DNA of 64,000 bases. It comes from Candidatus Binatia bacterium. Its GTDB lineage: Bacteria; Desulfobacterota; Binatia; Bin18. The position numbers and the translations under genes are program-made. Below, piece after piece: positions 54,030 to 63,996 of this stretch; the first letter of the stretch is position 1, and each line of letters begins with the position of its first letter. The notes beneath the pieces are model-generated. The model was given only the letters and a program-made list of their open reading frames with translations. It was not told the DNA's origin and did not search any database. The DNA is taken from NCBI GenBank assembly GCA_963666315.2, contig CAXXHG010000008.1, positions 142,969-206,968 on the forward strand, in the 5' to 3' direction.

Positions 54030-54194
54030 GAGCAGCCAGCTATCACTTGAGACTACCTTCCGGTATCTTGCAAAAAATTTGCTGAAAGATAGTAGGAACC
54101 TTGGGCTCCAATATCTTCTCCCTCTTCTCTACCCAAGAGCCGAATGCAGTGCCTCAAGGTACGTAGAAGATGAATAAGGCAGGTAGGAGACGAA

Positions 54195-55976
54195 ATGGAT
54201 AAACGAACTAACGTAATGGAAAAGCCCCTGATCGATCCCCTGAGCTGGCTCTATCCGTCCGCCCATCCGCAAGAGTACTACGATGCGATCAAACAAAAGT
54301 TCGTCCAGGAACGTGACCTACGGCTGAGCTACCGACCGGAAGGGACGGCGCAGTTTACGTCCGACCTGACCGGAGTGCTGGCGAAATACGAGGAGGATCC
54401 TTACGGCGGCGAGATTACGCCTCGCGAACCGATCAACGACAGCGTCGAATGTCTGTTCATCGGCGGCGGGTTTGCTGCCCTGCTCACCTCCGCCCGGCTG
54501 CGCAAGTATGGCGTCGAGAGCATCCGTATTGTCGAACGAGGCGCCGACGTCGGCGGCACCTGGTACTGGAACCGCTACCCAGGAGTCGCCTGTGACGTAC
54601 CGTCGTATGATTACCTGCCTCTGCTCGATGAGATGGACTACGTGCCCAAGGACCGCTTCGCCAGAGGTCCGGAGATTTACGCTCACTGCCAAGCTATGGC
54701 CAGGAAGCATAATCTGTACGAGTTAGCCGTCTTCCAGACGACGGTCACGTCTACGGTGTGGGATGAAGCAGAAGAGCTGTGGCATATCCGTACCGACCGG
54801 GGCGACCACATGCAGGCCCAGTTCGTGATCTGTGCCAACGGGACTCTGTCTAAGCCTAAGCTGACCAAGATCAAAGGGATGGAGTCTCTTCGGGGCCACT
54901 CCTTTCACACCTCGCGTTGGGACTACGACTACACCAAGGAAGACTTGTCAGGTCTGGAAGATAAAGTCGTCGGTATTATCGGCACAGGGGCGACAGCGGT
55001 CCAGGTCGTTCCCGGCCTGGGTGCAGCGGCCAAGGCGTTGTACGTGTTCCAGCGCACCCCGTCTTCAATTGACATTCGAGACGATAATCCCACCGACCCC
55101 AACTGGGCCCGCAAGCTGAAGCCCGGCTGGCAGGCCGAGCGGCGGGCAGGCATGCGGAAAGTCATGGACCCGCAGTTGACTGAGGAGCAGAAGGCCCAAC
55201 GCGCCGCGCTGCCACGCGAGGAAACCATCCGCCGTCAGGAGAACGCCAACATCGATTATATGATGCGCATCCACCAGCGCATAGACGAGACGGTGAAGGA
55301 CCAGGCGACCGCCGACGCGCTCAAGCCCTGGTATATGTTCATGTGCAAGCGCCCGTGCTTTCACAATGACTACTTGCCGACCTTTAACCGGCCCAACGTC
55401 CATTTGGTCGATACACAAGGCAAGGGCATCACCGAGATCACCGAGCGGGGAGTGGTGTTTGAGGACAATGAGTACGAGCTTGACCTGCTCATCTATGCCA
55501 CCGGCTTTGAGGTCCAAAAGACAGGTATTTACAACCAGATCAAGGGAGTAGGTGGTCTCGACCTGACTGACAAATACAGCAGCGGCATCCGCACTCTGTT
55601 TGGTCTCCATACGCAGGGTTACCCCAATCTGTTCATCATGGGCGGCTACCAGTCTTCTTTCCAGTTCAATCTGACGGATATTCTTGATACTGAGGGTGAT
55701 CACATCGCGGCGTGCATCGACCATGTGCGCAGCAATGGGTATCAGTCGATAGACCCGACTCCTGAGGCCGAGGAGTGGTGGGTGCAACAAGTCATTAAGC
55801 ACCGCGGTAAGACCAGTCGTAACCGGGACTGTACACCCGGCTATTATAACTTCGAGGGGGAGTCTAACCGCAGGCAGGACGGCAACTACAACGGTGGTTT
55901 CCACCGCTATGTGACCTTCATGAAAGAGGCCCGCCAGAAGATGGACGAGCACTTCGTCTTCACCAAACAGGGGTGA
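54195..55976 (+). CDS. Baeyer-Villiger monooxygenase
   Basis: IGGGFA, GGTWYWNRYPG..CD, LRGHSFHTSRWD fingerprint, IGTGATAVQ, CKRP, ATGF, TPGYYN. Confidence 0.9.
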   Translation: MDKRTNVMEKPLIDPLSWLYPSAHPQEYYDAIKQKFVQERDLRLSYRPEGTAQFTSDLTGVLAKYEEDPYGGEITPREPINDSVECLFIGGGFAALLTSARLRKYGVESIRIVERGADVGGTWYWNRYPGVACDVPSYDYLPLLDEMDYVPKDRFARGPEIYAHCQAMARKHNLYELAVFQTTVTSTVWDEAEELWHIRTDRGDHMQAQFVICANGTLSKPKLTKIKGMESLRGHSFHTSRWDYDYTKEDLSGLEDKVVGIIGTGATAVQVVPGLGAAAKALYVFQRTPSSIDIRDDNPTDPNWARKLKPGWQAERRAGMRKVMDPQLTEEQKAQRAALPREETIRRQENANIDYMMRIHQRIDETVKDQATADALKPWYMFMCKRPCFHNDYLPTFNRPNVHLVDTQGKGITEITERGVVFEDNEYELDLLIYATGFEVQKTGIYNQIKGVGGLDLTDKYSSGIRTLFGLHTQGYPNLFIMGGYQSSFQFNLTDILDTEGDHIAACIDHVRSNGYQSIDPTPEAEEWWVQQVIKHRGKTSRNRDCTPGYYNFEGESNRRQDGNYNGGFHRYVTFMKEARQKMDEHFVFTKQG

Positions 55977-56122
55977 ACTCAACGACGGTACTATGAGGGG
56001 AGCTGTGTCAAGATGTTGGGAAAGAGCATAAAGCTCACGTTTGCCGCTTTGACGATTCCCATGTCTGACCGCGACTGCGGATCGAACAGTAACTGCCCGT
56101 AGGCGATCGGACCCAGGGCCAT

Positions 56123-56675
56123 TTAGCTGAGGTCGAAGCCTTCGTATCCCTTAGCCGCAACGTCGGCAAAGATCTCACGGTAGAGCGGCACGCCGCCGGC
56201 AAATAAGAGGAAGCGGCCACGAACGTTCTTGGGATTAGTGCTGCCGAAGAACCACGAATCCTGCATGTCGTTGATCAGTAGACCTTTGGCTGAGTCATAG
56301 CAGCGCTGGGTCCACGCTTCTTCGGCCTCGGTCGTTGCTGTCATGGTTTCGAGACCGTCCTCGCGCATATAGCGCAGGCAGTCGACGATCCACTCGACGT
56401 TATTCTCGACACAACGCGTGATATTGCAGAACAGCGCCGGGTTGTGTGGCCCCATGATGGCCCACAGGTTCGGGAAGCCCGAGAAGTGAATGCCGAGGTG
56501 CGTTCGTGGCCCGTCGGAGCAATGCTCTTGCAAGGATCGACCGTGTTGTCCGCGAATATCCATACGCATGAGCTCGCCGGTAACGCTATGAAAGCCGGTG
56601 GCATGGATAATGACGTCGAGTTCATGCAAGTTGTCGCCGGTTGCGATCCCGTCGGGTGTGATTTGGGTAATCGAC
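56123..56675 (-). pseudogene. BVMO C-terminal fragment
   Basis: ELDVII.ATGF, GFPNL...GP, SWF.G.N, GYEGF; 5' part replaced by the cyclase remnant. Confidence 0.8.
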
Positions 56676-58144
56676 GTTTCCTACGGGACAGTGCTCCAGG
56701 AGCAGCGTAAAGCCTTGCATGAACGCACGGCGCAAGCGATTGAGGGGCTCTATACAGAGAACCTTGACGACCACTACAGCGAGTTAGCCCATCACTACAG
56801 TCGCAGTGAGAATACCGAAAAGGCGGTGGAGTATCAGGGCTTCGCGGGGCAACAGGCTTTTCAACGGTCCGCGTATGGCGAAACACTGAGGCATCTGACC
56901 ATGGCCATAGAGGTGCTCCAGAAGCTGCCGGACACGTGTGAACGGAGCCAGCACGAACTCCCTTTACAAATCACCCTCGGCACGGCGTTGTCGGCGACCA
57001 AAGGCTTTGCGAATCCAGAAGTAGAACGCGCCTATACGCGGGCGCGAGAGCTGTGTGAGCAGGTGGGCCAGCCTACCCAGCTGGCCCCGGCGCTGTACGG
57101 TCTGTGGCAGATGTACATCCTGCGGGCAGAGTACCAGACGGCGCACGAGCTCGGGCAGCAGCTGTTCATGCTCGCCCAGAGAGCACCGGACCTGGCGCTC
57201 CTGCCGGCAGCCCACCGGGCACTGGGGGAGCCCCTCCTCCGGCAGGGAGAGTTTCCTGCGGCTCGCGAGCACCTGGAACTGGGGATTAGCCTCTACGATC
57301 CTGAGCAGCAGCACGGCCAAGCGTTTCTTTACGGGCTCGACCCTGGCGTGGCCCTCCGAAGCATGGCGGCGCAGGCCCTGTGGTTTCTTGGCTATCCTGA
57401 GCAGGCCCTAAAGAGGGTCCAGGAGGCGCTCACTTCGGCTCAAGAGTTCCCGCATCCTCACAGTCTAGTCCTTGCCCTGGTCTTTGCGGCCTGGATTCAT
57501 CAATACCGCCGGGAGGGACAAGCAGCCCAAGAGCAAGCAGAGGCGGGGATTGCGCTCAGTACGGAGCAACGGTTTCCGCTTCACCTGGCGGTGGGGACTC
57601 ACCTACGGGGCTGGTCGAGCAAGGACAGGTAGAGGAGGGCGTTGCCCAGATGCGCCAGGGGATAGCCGGCTGGCGGGCCACGGGAGCAGAGTCGTCAGGG
57701 CCGCATTTTACAACTCTGCTGGCCGAAGGGTATAGGAAAATAGGACGGATCGAGGAGGGACTTGCTTTGTTGGCCGAGGCGCTGGATGTCGTGCACACAA
57801 CTGGGGAACTTTACTCCGAAGCGGAATTATCTCGACTCAAGGGAGAACTGATGCTGCAAGGGCAAGACTCAGAGTTTAAGGTTAACGAAGTCGAAGCCTG
57901 CTTTCAGCAAGCTCTCGATGTAGCTCGTCAGCAGCACGCCAAATCCTGGGAACTTCGCGCCGCCACGAGCCTGGCTCGGCTGTGGCAGGGGCAAGGGAAG
58001 GGGGCAGAATCGCGTGGTTTGCTTGCCCCGATCTACAACTGGTTTACGGAAGGCTTTGACACAGCGGATCTGAAAGACGCCAAAACTCTCTTAGACGCCT
58101 TGGCGGAGGGAGAGAGCGATTCACTGCGGTCAGAGGAGAAATGA
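56673..58144 (+). pseudogene. cyclase-AAA-TPR remnant 7 (C-terminal half, frameshift near 57620)
   Basis: YGTVLQEQRKALHE, ELAHHY, TPR helices, [19 protein letters not shown]. Confidence 0.9.
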
Positions 58145-58171
58145 TCCAAAACTAACCGCATACGGAGGAGT

Positions 58172-58369
58172 ATGATGGCTGAAGACCACCTCGGCCCCAT
58201 AGAACGGGCCTTTGCCCAGGGAACTCCTATTGATCAGGCCGTTGAGGCAGGGGTTCTTACTGCGCTCAAACGACACAAGCAAGCGGGTAACCCCATTGCG
58301 GTATGGCAGAACGGAAAGCGGTGCTGTATCCCGCCGGAGCAGATTCCTATAGACAATACCAAGGACTAG
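58172..58369 (+). CDS. small conserved hypothetical protein
   Basis: GGAGGAG RBS; AL.RHK.AGNPIAVW.NGK...IP.E.I motif. Confidence 0.6.
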   Translation: MMAEDHLGPIERAFAQGTPIDQAVEAGVLTALKRHKQAGNPIAVWQNGKRCCIPPEQIPIDNTKD

Positions 58370-58380
58370 ATGCGCCCACC

Positions 58381-58493
58381 CGTTGAGTTGTCCTCACAGC
58401 CATATCCTGCTTTCGGTCTACGACTGGTTCACCGAAGGTTTTGACACGGCGGATTTACAGGACGCCAAAGCGTTGCTTGAGGCTTTAGCGTAA
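58381..58493 (+). pseudogene. cyclase-AAA-TPR remnant 8: upstream motif fused to the last ~26 codons
   Basis: CGTTGAGTTGTCC-N12-CCTGCT then [25 protein letters not shown]. Confidence 0.85.
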
Positions 58494-58500
58494 CGGTCCG

Positions 58501-59385
58501 CTACAGATTTGCTGCGGGCGCGACGATCTGTTCCGCGAGTTTCCCTATCTCCTCTTTCACTGCCTGGAGGTCAGCGGGGAACGCCCCCACAATGATCTGA
58601 TGCACGCCGGCATCCTGGAGACGCTTTAGGTCATCATGTGCGAGGGAGGCACACATGCCGGGACAGACAGAGAATTGGAGCGCGTCGGGATTGCGGCCGA
58701 CTGCCCGCGCATAGTTCTTCACCTTATCGATCTTCGGTTTTGCTGCTTCCACCGGGATATTCATCCCAAACCAGCCATCCCCCACTTCACCCGCCCGCTT
58801 GAGAGCCGGCTCACTTTCTCCACCAAAGATAATGGGCGGGTGCGGCTTCTGAATAGGCTTGGGATACGACCGGACGCTGGGAAAGCTGCAGAACTCCCCC
58901 TCAAAGGCGGTCTCTTCCTCGGTCCATAGCTTTTTCATCACCTGCAGATATTCCCGCGTGCGCGCGCCCCGGCGTGCCCAGGGTACCCCCAGCGCAGCGA
59001 ATTCTTCCTCCAACCAGCCTACCCCGACGCCAAAATCGAACCGTCCGCCAGACAATTTATCCAGGGTCGCAACTTCCTTTGCCGTTGTGAGCGGATTGCG
59101 CTCAGGTACCAGGCAAATGCCTGTGCCGATACGCAGCGTTTTAGTCTGGGCTGCCACGAAGGTTAAGGTCGCGAACGGATCGAGGATATCGACTTGCATC
59201 GTGGGCGACGGGAATTTCCCATCTGGCGAATAGGGGTATTTGGACGCGTACTGGTCGAGGAGGACGATATGTTCGGGCGCCCAGATGGAATGAAATCCCG
59301 TCTGTTCGACCAGTTGGGCGGTGAGGCTTATCGCCTCTGCTTCCGCCATCAGACCTATACCAACTGCGATAAATCCAGTTTGCAT
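58501..59385 (-). CDS. LLM oxidoreductase, TIGR03619 (probably F420-dependent) type
   Basis: GFHSIWAPEH, SKYPYS.DG, GVGVGWLEEEF, PKPIQKPHPPI.FGG. Confidence 0.9.
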   Translation of the reverse strand: MQTGFIAVGIGLMAEAEAISLTAQLVEQTGFHSIWAPEHIVLLDQYASKYPYSPDGKFPSPTMQVDILDPFATLTFVAAQTKTLRIGTGICLVPERNPLTTAKEVATLDKLSGGRFDFGVGVGWLEEEFAALGVPWARRGARTREYLQVMKKLWTEEETAFEGEFCSFPSVRSYPKPIQKPHPPIIFGGESEPALKRAGEVGDGWFGMNIPVEAAKPKIDKVKNYARAVGRNPDALQFSVCPGMCASLAHDDLKRLQDAGVHQIIVGAFPADLQAVKEEIGKLAEQIVAPAANL

Positions 59386-59531
59386 GTGTGCTTCCTTTCG
59401 ACCAGCAGTGTTAGGGAAAAGACCATTTTCGCAGGAGCAACTTGTATGCGCAAACCGCGCAGGCATGCCTCCGGCGTTGCTGAGGTCGCCCGTCTTGTAT
59501 CACTCATCAGCCCTCCTGGCAAAAGTACAGC

Positions 59532-60533
59532 TCAGCGGTTGATGTTCCCCGGTATAATGCCCTGCCCGGAGGTGTAGCGGGTGCCAATCGCGCCGATCCG
59601 TGCGTGGGCGCGGTCCATCCCGGCATACTCCCGAATCCGGTAGACGCACTCCAAGCCGGTGCAGTGCGAGCCAAGAAAATAGCTGAGTTGCCGCTTTGCT
59701 ATGGCCTCGCTCGTCCATCGTAGGACCTCCTCCGACGCCGCGTAGAGGTGGAAGCCGCCAATGGCTGCCCGGGGTGCTTGATCGGAAACCTTCGTCTTGA
59801 CGTACTCTAAGGTATTAATCAGACCGGCGTGGCCACAGCCTGAGATAATGATCGGGCCGTCTGGTGTTACCAGCACGAGCGACTGACTTTCCGGAATGAT
59901 GTCGGGCACAATCTGTCCGTTTTGTTTTATGACCCACTTGGGGCCTTGGGGATAATTGCGTTCGTTGTGGGGCCTGGGCACCGGACCGGTAACCCACACC
60001 TGCGACATGACCTCGGTCGGGTGGGAGTAGACGATGAACGTGACTCCGGCGGCCTCAAGGCGCTCTCGCATGGCTCGCATCGGGTTCCGCTCGCTCCCCT
60101 CTGGGCCGGGGCGTGAAGCGAAGATCCCCTGTGCCACGTGAATCCGGGACAGTGCCTTCGGGTTGCGCTTCGACAGCTCTGTCCGGAGGGTTTCCAGCCC
60201 GCCGACGTGATCGGGATGGTGGTGGCTGAGGATTAAGTCCTCAGCCACAGAGAGGTCTATGCCGAGCACTTCCGCATTGTCCAACACATTGCGGGGAGAC
60301 CAGCCCGTATCGAACAAGAAGGCCCGGCCGCCCACCTCCACCCACGCGGAGAAGCTCCATTCGCCTTGTGTCGTCGCGAGTCTTGAGGTGCTGTGGACGT
60401 GAACATCGCCCACGTTAGTAGCCAGGATGGTGACCGAGACGTGGAGCGTCGCTTCCGCCGCTTCTGCGCTGCGTCCACACCAAGCGACAACGACTACGAT
60501 GGCAAAGAGACGGAGAGCGGCGATGGATTGCAT
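59532..60533 (-). CDS. secreted MBL-fold metallo-hydrolase
   Basis: Signal peptide; EWSFS, LFDTG, SHHHPDHVGG, GCGHAG, GGFHL, HCTG. Confidence 0.85.
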   Translation of the reverse strand: MQSIAALRLFAIVVVVAWCGRSAEAAEATLHVSVTILATNVGDVHVHSTSRLATTQGEWSFSAWVEVGGRAFLFDTGWSPRNVLDNAEVLGIDLSVAEDLILSHHHPDHVGGLETLRTELSKRNPKALSRIHVAQGIFASRPGPEGSERNPMRAMRERLEAAGVTFIVYSHPTEVMSQVWVTGPVPRPHNERNYPQGPKWVIKQNGQIVPDIIPESQSLVLVTPDGPIIISGCGHAGLINTLEYVKTKVSDQAPRAAIGGFHLYAASEEVLRWTSEAIAKRQLSYFLGSHCTGLECVYRIREYAGMDRAHARIGAIGTRYTSGQGIIPGNINR

Positions 60534-60622
60534 TGAGACCCCCTATCGAGAAACGACGTTGCGTACGAAATATCTACACGATGCGGAAAAAGAGACTATC
60601 TACTGAGTACGCCGTTTCCCTC

Positions 60623-60745
60623 CGCGTTGAGTTGTCTTCCGATTCATTTCCTGCTCTTATCGTCGCAGTTGGTCTAGGACGGGAGCCGGGTCTATGAAAT
60701 TCTCCGACAGTGTCGATCAAACGAGCGAGTGGCTGGAGCGCGAAG
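60623..60745 (+). pseudogene. cyclase-AAA-TPR remnant 9: upstream motif plus first ~17 codons
   Basis: GAGTTGTCT-N12-CCTGCTCTTATC; ATG 60694 MKFSDSVDQTSEWLERE vs copy 5 MKFSEIVQQTREWLQRE. Confidence 0.8.
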
Positions 60746-60764
60746 AATGGAAAGGAAGATCGTC

Positions 60765-62138
60765 ATGGAATTGACCTCTTTATCGGCAACCATGTTAGCT
60801 GGAGCTATTCGGACGAAGCTCGTCTCTGCAGTAGAAGTGGTTGATACCTATCTGGCTCGCATTGAAGCGGTCAACCCAACGCTCAACGCCGTCGTGCAGC
60901 TCAACGCTGAGGCGGCCAGAAAACGGGCCCGCGAGGCCGACGACGCCGTGAATCGCGGCGAAGTCAGAGGGCCGCTGCACGGTGTGCCCATAACCATTAA
61001 GGACTCGTTAGACACGGCTGGCATGGTCAGTACCTGGGGCACCAAGGGACGGTCTGCATTTGTCCCAAAGCAGGATGCAACGGTGGTAGCGCGCCTGCGT
61101 GCAGCGGGGGCTATCGTGCTGGGCAAAACGAACACGCCCGAGTTTACCCTGGCTGGGATCACCGACAATGCCGTCTATGGCAGGACGAACAATCCGTATG
61201 ATGTGACGCGGTCGCCCGCCGGGAGTAGTGGCGGGGCAGGGGCGATGATTGCGGCTGGTGGCTCGGCGCTCGATCTGGGCAGCGACACCGGCGGTAGCAT
61301 ACGCATGCCGGCCCACTACTGCGGTATTGCCGGCATCAAGCCCACCTCGGGCCGGGTGCCGCGCACGGGTCATGCTATTTCATTTGATATTGGCGCCCTG
61401 GATGCCTTGACCCAGATAGGCCCGATGGCCCGGCATGTCGAAGACCTGATTGTAACGTTGGCCATTATTGCCGGCCCGGATGGGCACGATCCGGCTATCG
61501 TGCCGGCTCCGCTGGGGCATCCCCAAGAAGTCAGTGTGAGCGGGCTGCGCGTGGCATTCTATACCGACAACGGGATTACATCCCCGAGCCCGGACACGGC
61601 CAATACGGTCCGCACTGCGGTCAGCGTCCTATCTGACCACGGAGTTTCAGTCACGGAAGCCAGGGCGAAGGGCGTGAGCGAAGCGGACCGGCTGTTTCGC
61701 CGACTCTTTCTTGCCGATGGCGGGGCAGGGGTCCGCAAGCTCGTCCAAGCGGCTGGTACGGAATCTATGTCACCAGCCTTGGACTGGACGCAAACGGCGC
61801 AGACGCTGTCGCTGACGGAGTACACCCAGGCACTCAGTCAGTGGAACATCTACCGCAGTGAGATGCTGGCGTTTATGGAGCAGTATGATGCCGTGCTGTG
61901 TCCCGTGAGCGCGACACCGGCAACGCGCCATGCTGACTCCGCCGGCTCCGACTTTTCTTACACCTTAGCCTATAATCTGACCGGTTGGCCGGGGGCTGTT
62001 GTGCGCTGTGGGACTTCATCCGAGGGCCTACCGATCGGCGTCCAGATCGTCGCTCGCCCGTGGCGTGAGGATGTCGCCTTAGCGGTTGCCGGGTATCTGG
62101 ATATCAATCTTTGCGGTTGGCAGCCTTCGTCTCTGTAG
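60765..62138 (+). CDS. amidase (amidase signature family)
   Basis: GPLHGVPITIKD, GKTNTPE, GSSGG, GSDTGGSIRMPA, GLPIGVQ. Confidence 0.92.
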   Translation: MELTSLSATMLAGAIRTKLVSAVEVVDTYLARIEAVNPTLNAVVQLNAEAARKRAREADDAVNRGEVRGPLHGVPITIKDSLDTAGMVSTWGTKGRSAFVPKQDATVVARLRAAGAIVLGKTNTPEFTLAGITDNAVYGRTNNPYDVTRSPAGSSGGAGAMIAAGGSALDLGSDTGGSIRMPAHYCGIAGIKPTSGRVPRTGHAISFDIGALDALTQIGPMARHVEDLIVTLAIIAGPDGHDPAIVPAPLGHPQEVSVSGLRVAFYTDNGITSPSPDTANTVRTAVSVLSDHGVSVTEARAKGVSEADRLFRRLFLADGGAGVRKLVQAAGTESMSPALDWTQTAQTLSLTEYTQALSQWNIYRSEMLAFMEQYDAVLCPVSATPATRHADSAGSDFSYTLAYNLTGWPGAVVRCGTSSEGLPIGVQIVARPWREDVALAVAGYLDINLCGWQPSSL

Positions 62139-62209
62139 CGTCCAGGAAAAGAGATAAAAAGAGAAAAAGATAAAAAGAGAAGAACGAAACGCATGGGGAG
62201 GACAGTCCC

Positions 62210-62971
62210 ATGAGCCCTTTTCAATACCAAACCGTTCTGAGCACTGCGAGCGGCAATGGCGTCCGCACCATAACGCTCAACCGGCCGGAGAGCCTCAACG
62301 CCATGAACCGGAATCTGCTCGACGATGTTGCTCGCGCATTCGACGAGGCGAATGCCGATCAGGAGACCCGGGCGATTATTTTCACCGGCGCAGGCCGGGC
62401 CTTTTGCGCGGGCGACGACCGCAAGGAGCATGTCCAGCCGACAAACGAAGCCCAGGCTCGGGACGCCGTAGATGCGGTGCAGCGCGTAACCCAGGCGATC
62501 GTATTTGGCAGTAAGCCGGTGGTGGGCGCCATCAACGGCTGGGCAGTCGGGGGCGGGTTCGAGTGGGCGATCAATTGTGATTTTCCCATCTGGGCGGAGA
62601 GCGCCAAGGGATTTTTTCCCGAGGTGTCGCTTAACGCTTTTGTGACGGGGGCGGTCTCGTCGCTACTGCCGGCGCTTGTGGGTCTGAACAAGGCCCGTGA
62701 AATGTTGTTTCTGGGTGAGCAGTATGAGGCGCGCGCCCTCCTGGAAATGGGTGTGGCGTGGCGCGTGGTCGGCGACGAGCGCCTACTCGCACAGGCGCTC
62801 GCAGTGGCGGAAAAGTTGAGCGGCCTGCCGCCGCTTGCGGTCCGCGCCATGAAGCGCGTGCTCAACCGGGGTGCGGCGAGTGACCTTACGACTGCGCTGC
62901 GGCTCGAGACTGAGGCAACAATCGCGAGTTTTCTCGATCCGGAAACGACCCAACGGCTCAAGAACTTCTGA
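62210..62971 (+). CDS. enoyl-CoA hydratase/isomerase family protein
   Basis: LNRPESLNA, FCAGDD, NGWAVGGGFE, FPEV. Confidence 0.9.
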   Translation: MSPFQYQTVLSTASGNGVRTITLNRPESLNAMNRNLLDDVARAFDEANADQETRAIIFTGAGRAFCAGDDRKEHVQPTNEAQARDAVDAVQRVTQAIVFGSKPVVGAINGWAVGGGFEWAINCDFPIWAESAKGFFPEVSLNAFVTGAVSSLLPALVGLNKAREMLFLGEQYEARALLEMGVAWRVVGDERLLAQALAVAEKLSGLPPLAVRAMKRVLNRGAASDLTTALRLETEATIASFLDPETTQRLKNF

Positions 62972-63996
62972 CGGTGTGACCATCAAAATAGGGTAGAAAG
63001 CCCGTGTGTGGATGACAGTTGATATATTCAGTCTCCACGGCTCCTGCGGGCAAGACGTGCATTTCGACCCGGAGATGCAGCTTCGGCGTAAAGGTCGCTT
63101 CCTTATACATACGGATGATCGTATCGTGGACCGCCAAATGGGTCGGCTGCGTGCGCGCCGCGCGCTCGATATGCCCGAGCGACAACAGGAAGGCGAACCG
63201 TGAGCGTTTTTCGCGTATAGCACCTGACTCCGCGTCTTGCTCGCGACAGTCGCGCAGGCTAAAACACCCGGTCTGGGTCGGGTTGTCGCGCAAGAAGGCG
63301 ATCCATCGATCTGCGACACAATCGATTTATTCAGCCAAGATCGTGCGCTCTTCTTCTCCACACGCACTCCAGCCTTGTCCTTCGCGCAGGAAACAGACGT
63401 TCTCAGGCGCTTCAACTCTGAGTCGGTTTGCCTTTGGTCGCCTGGAGTCTGAGCGCAGGTAGAGCGGAATAAGGACTGTCGAAGGTGTCATACGCCGATG
63501 CGGCTAACCGGTCACGATAGCCGCCCCAATGGCCAAATTGACGGCTCGGCACCAAGGGTAAGAACTGCGCCGAGGCCGCGCGTTGCTTGCCGCCACCGCC
63601 GAACTGGAATCGATCCTTTGGTGTACTCAGCACCTCGCGCCAGTAGCCAACCTCACTGGCCGGATCACACGGGAGTTCAGCCCACCAGGCAGCAACCTCG
63701 GGTTGTGAGGACCAGGTACGATAGACCTCACGATCCAGCCAATATGCCAAGAGCAAATCGCAGCTATAGCCCTGCGGATCAATATACTGGGCGCGTTCAA
63801 TGGAGATCGGGCCATAGCTACGACGAAAATGGGCATGCAGCGTGTCAATAAACACGCCATTTGTATCGGACTGCCGCGATTGGATGCCGAATATGCTAAA
63901 GACGAGATGGGTCGCGTCTGCGGGCAACTCGACCACGCGGCCAGGGATCGCGCTTGCCGGCTTCTCCTGTTCGCCGGCATGCACCGTTGTACTCAT
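62958..63996 (-). pseudogene. oxd: aldoxime dehydratase, frameshift near 63430 and in-frame stop near 63327
   Basis: GYWREV, HWGGYRDRL, QPTHL, EYINCHP.TG.L. Confidence 0.8.
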
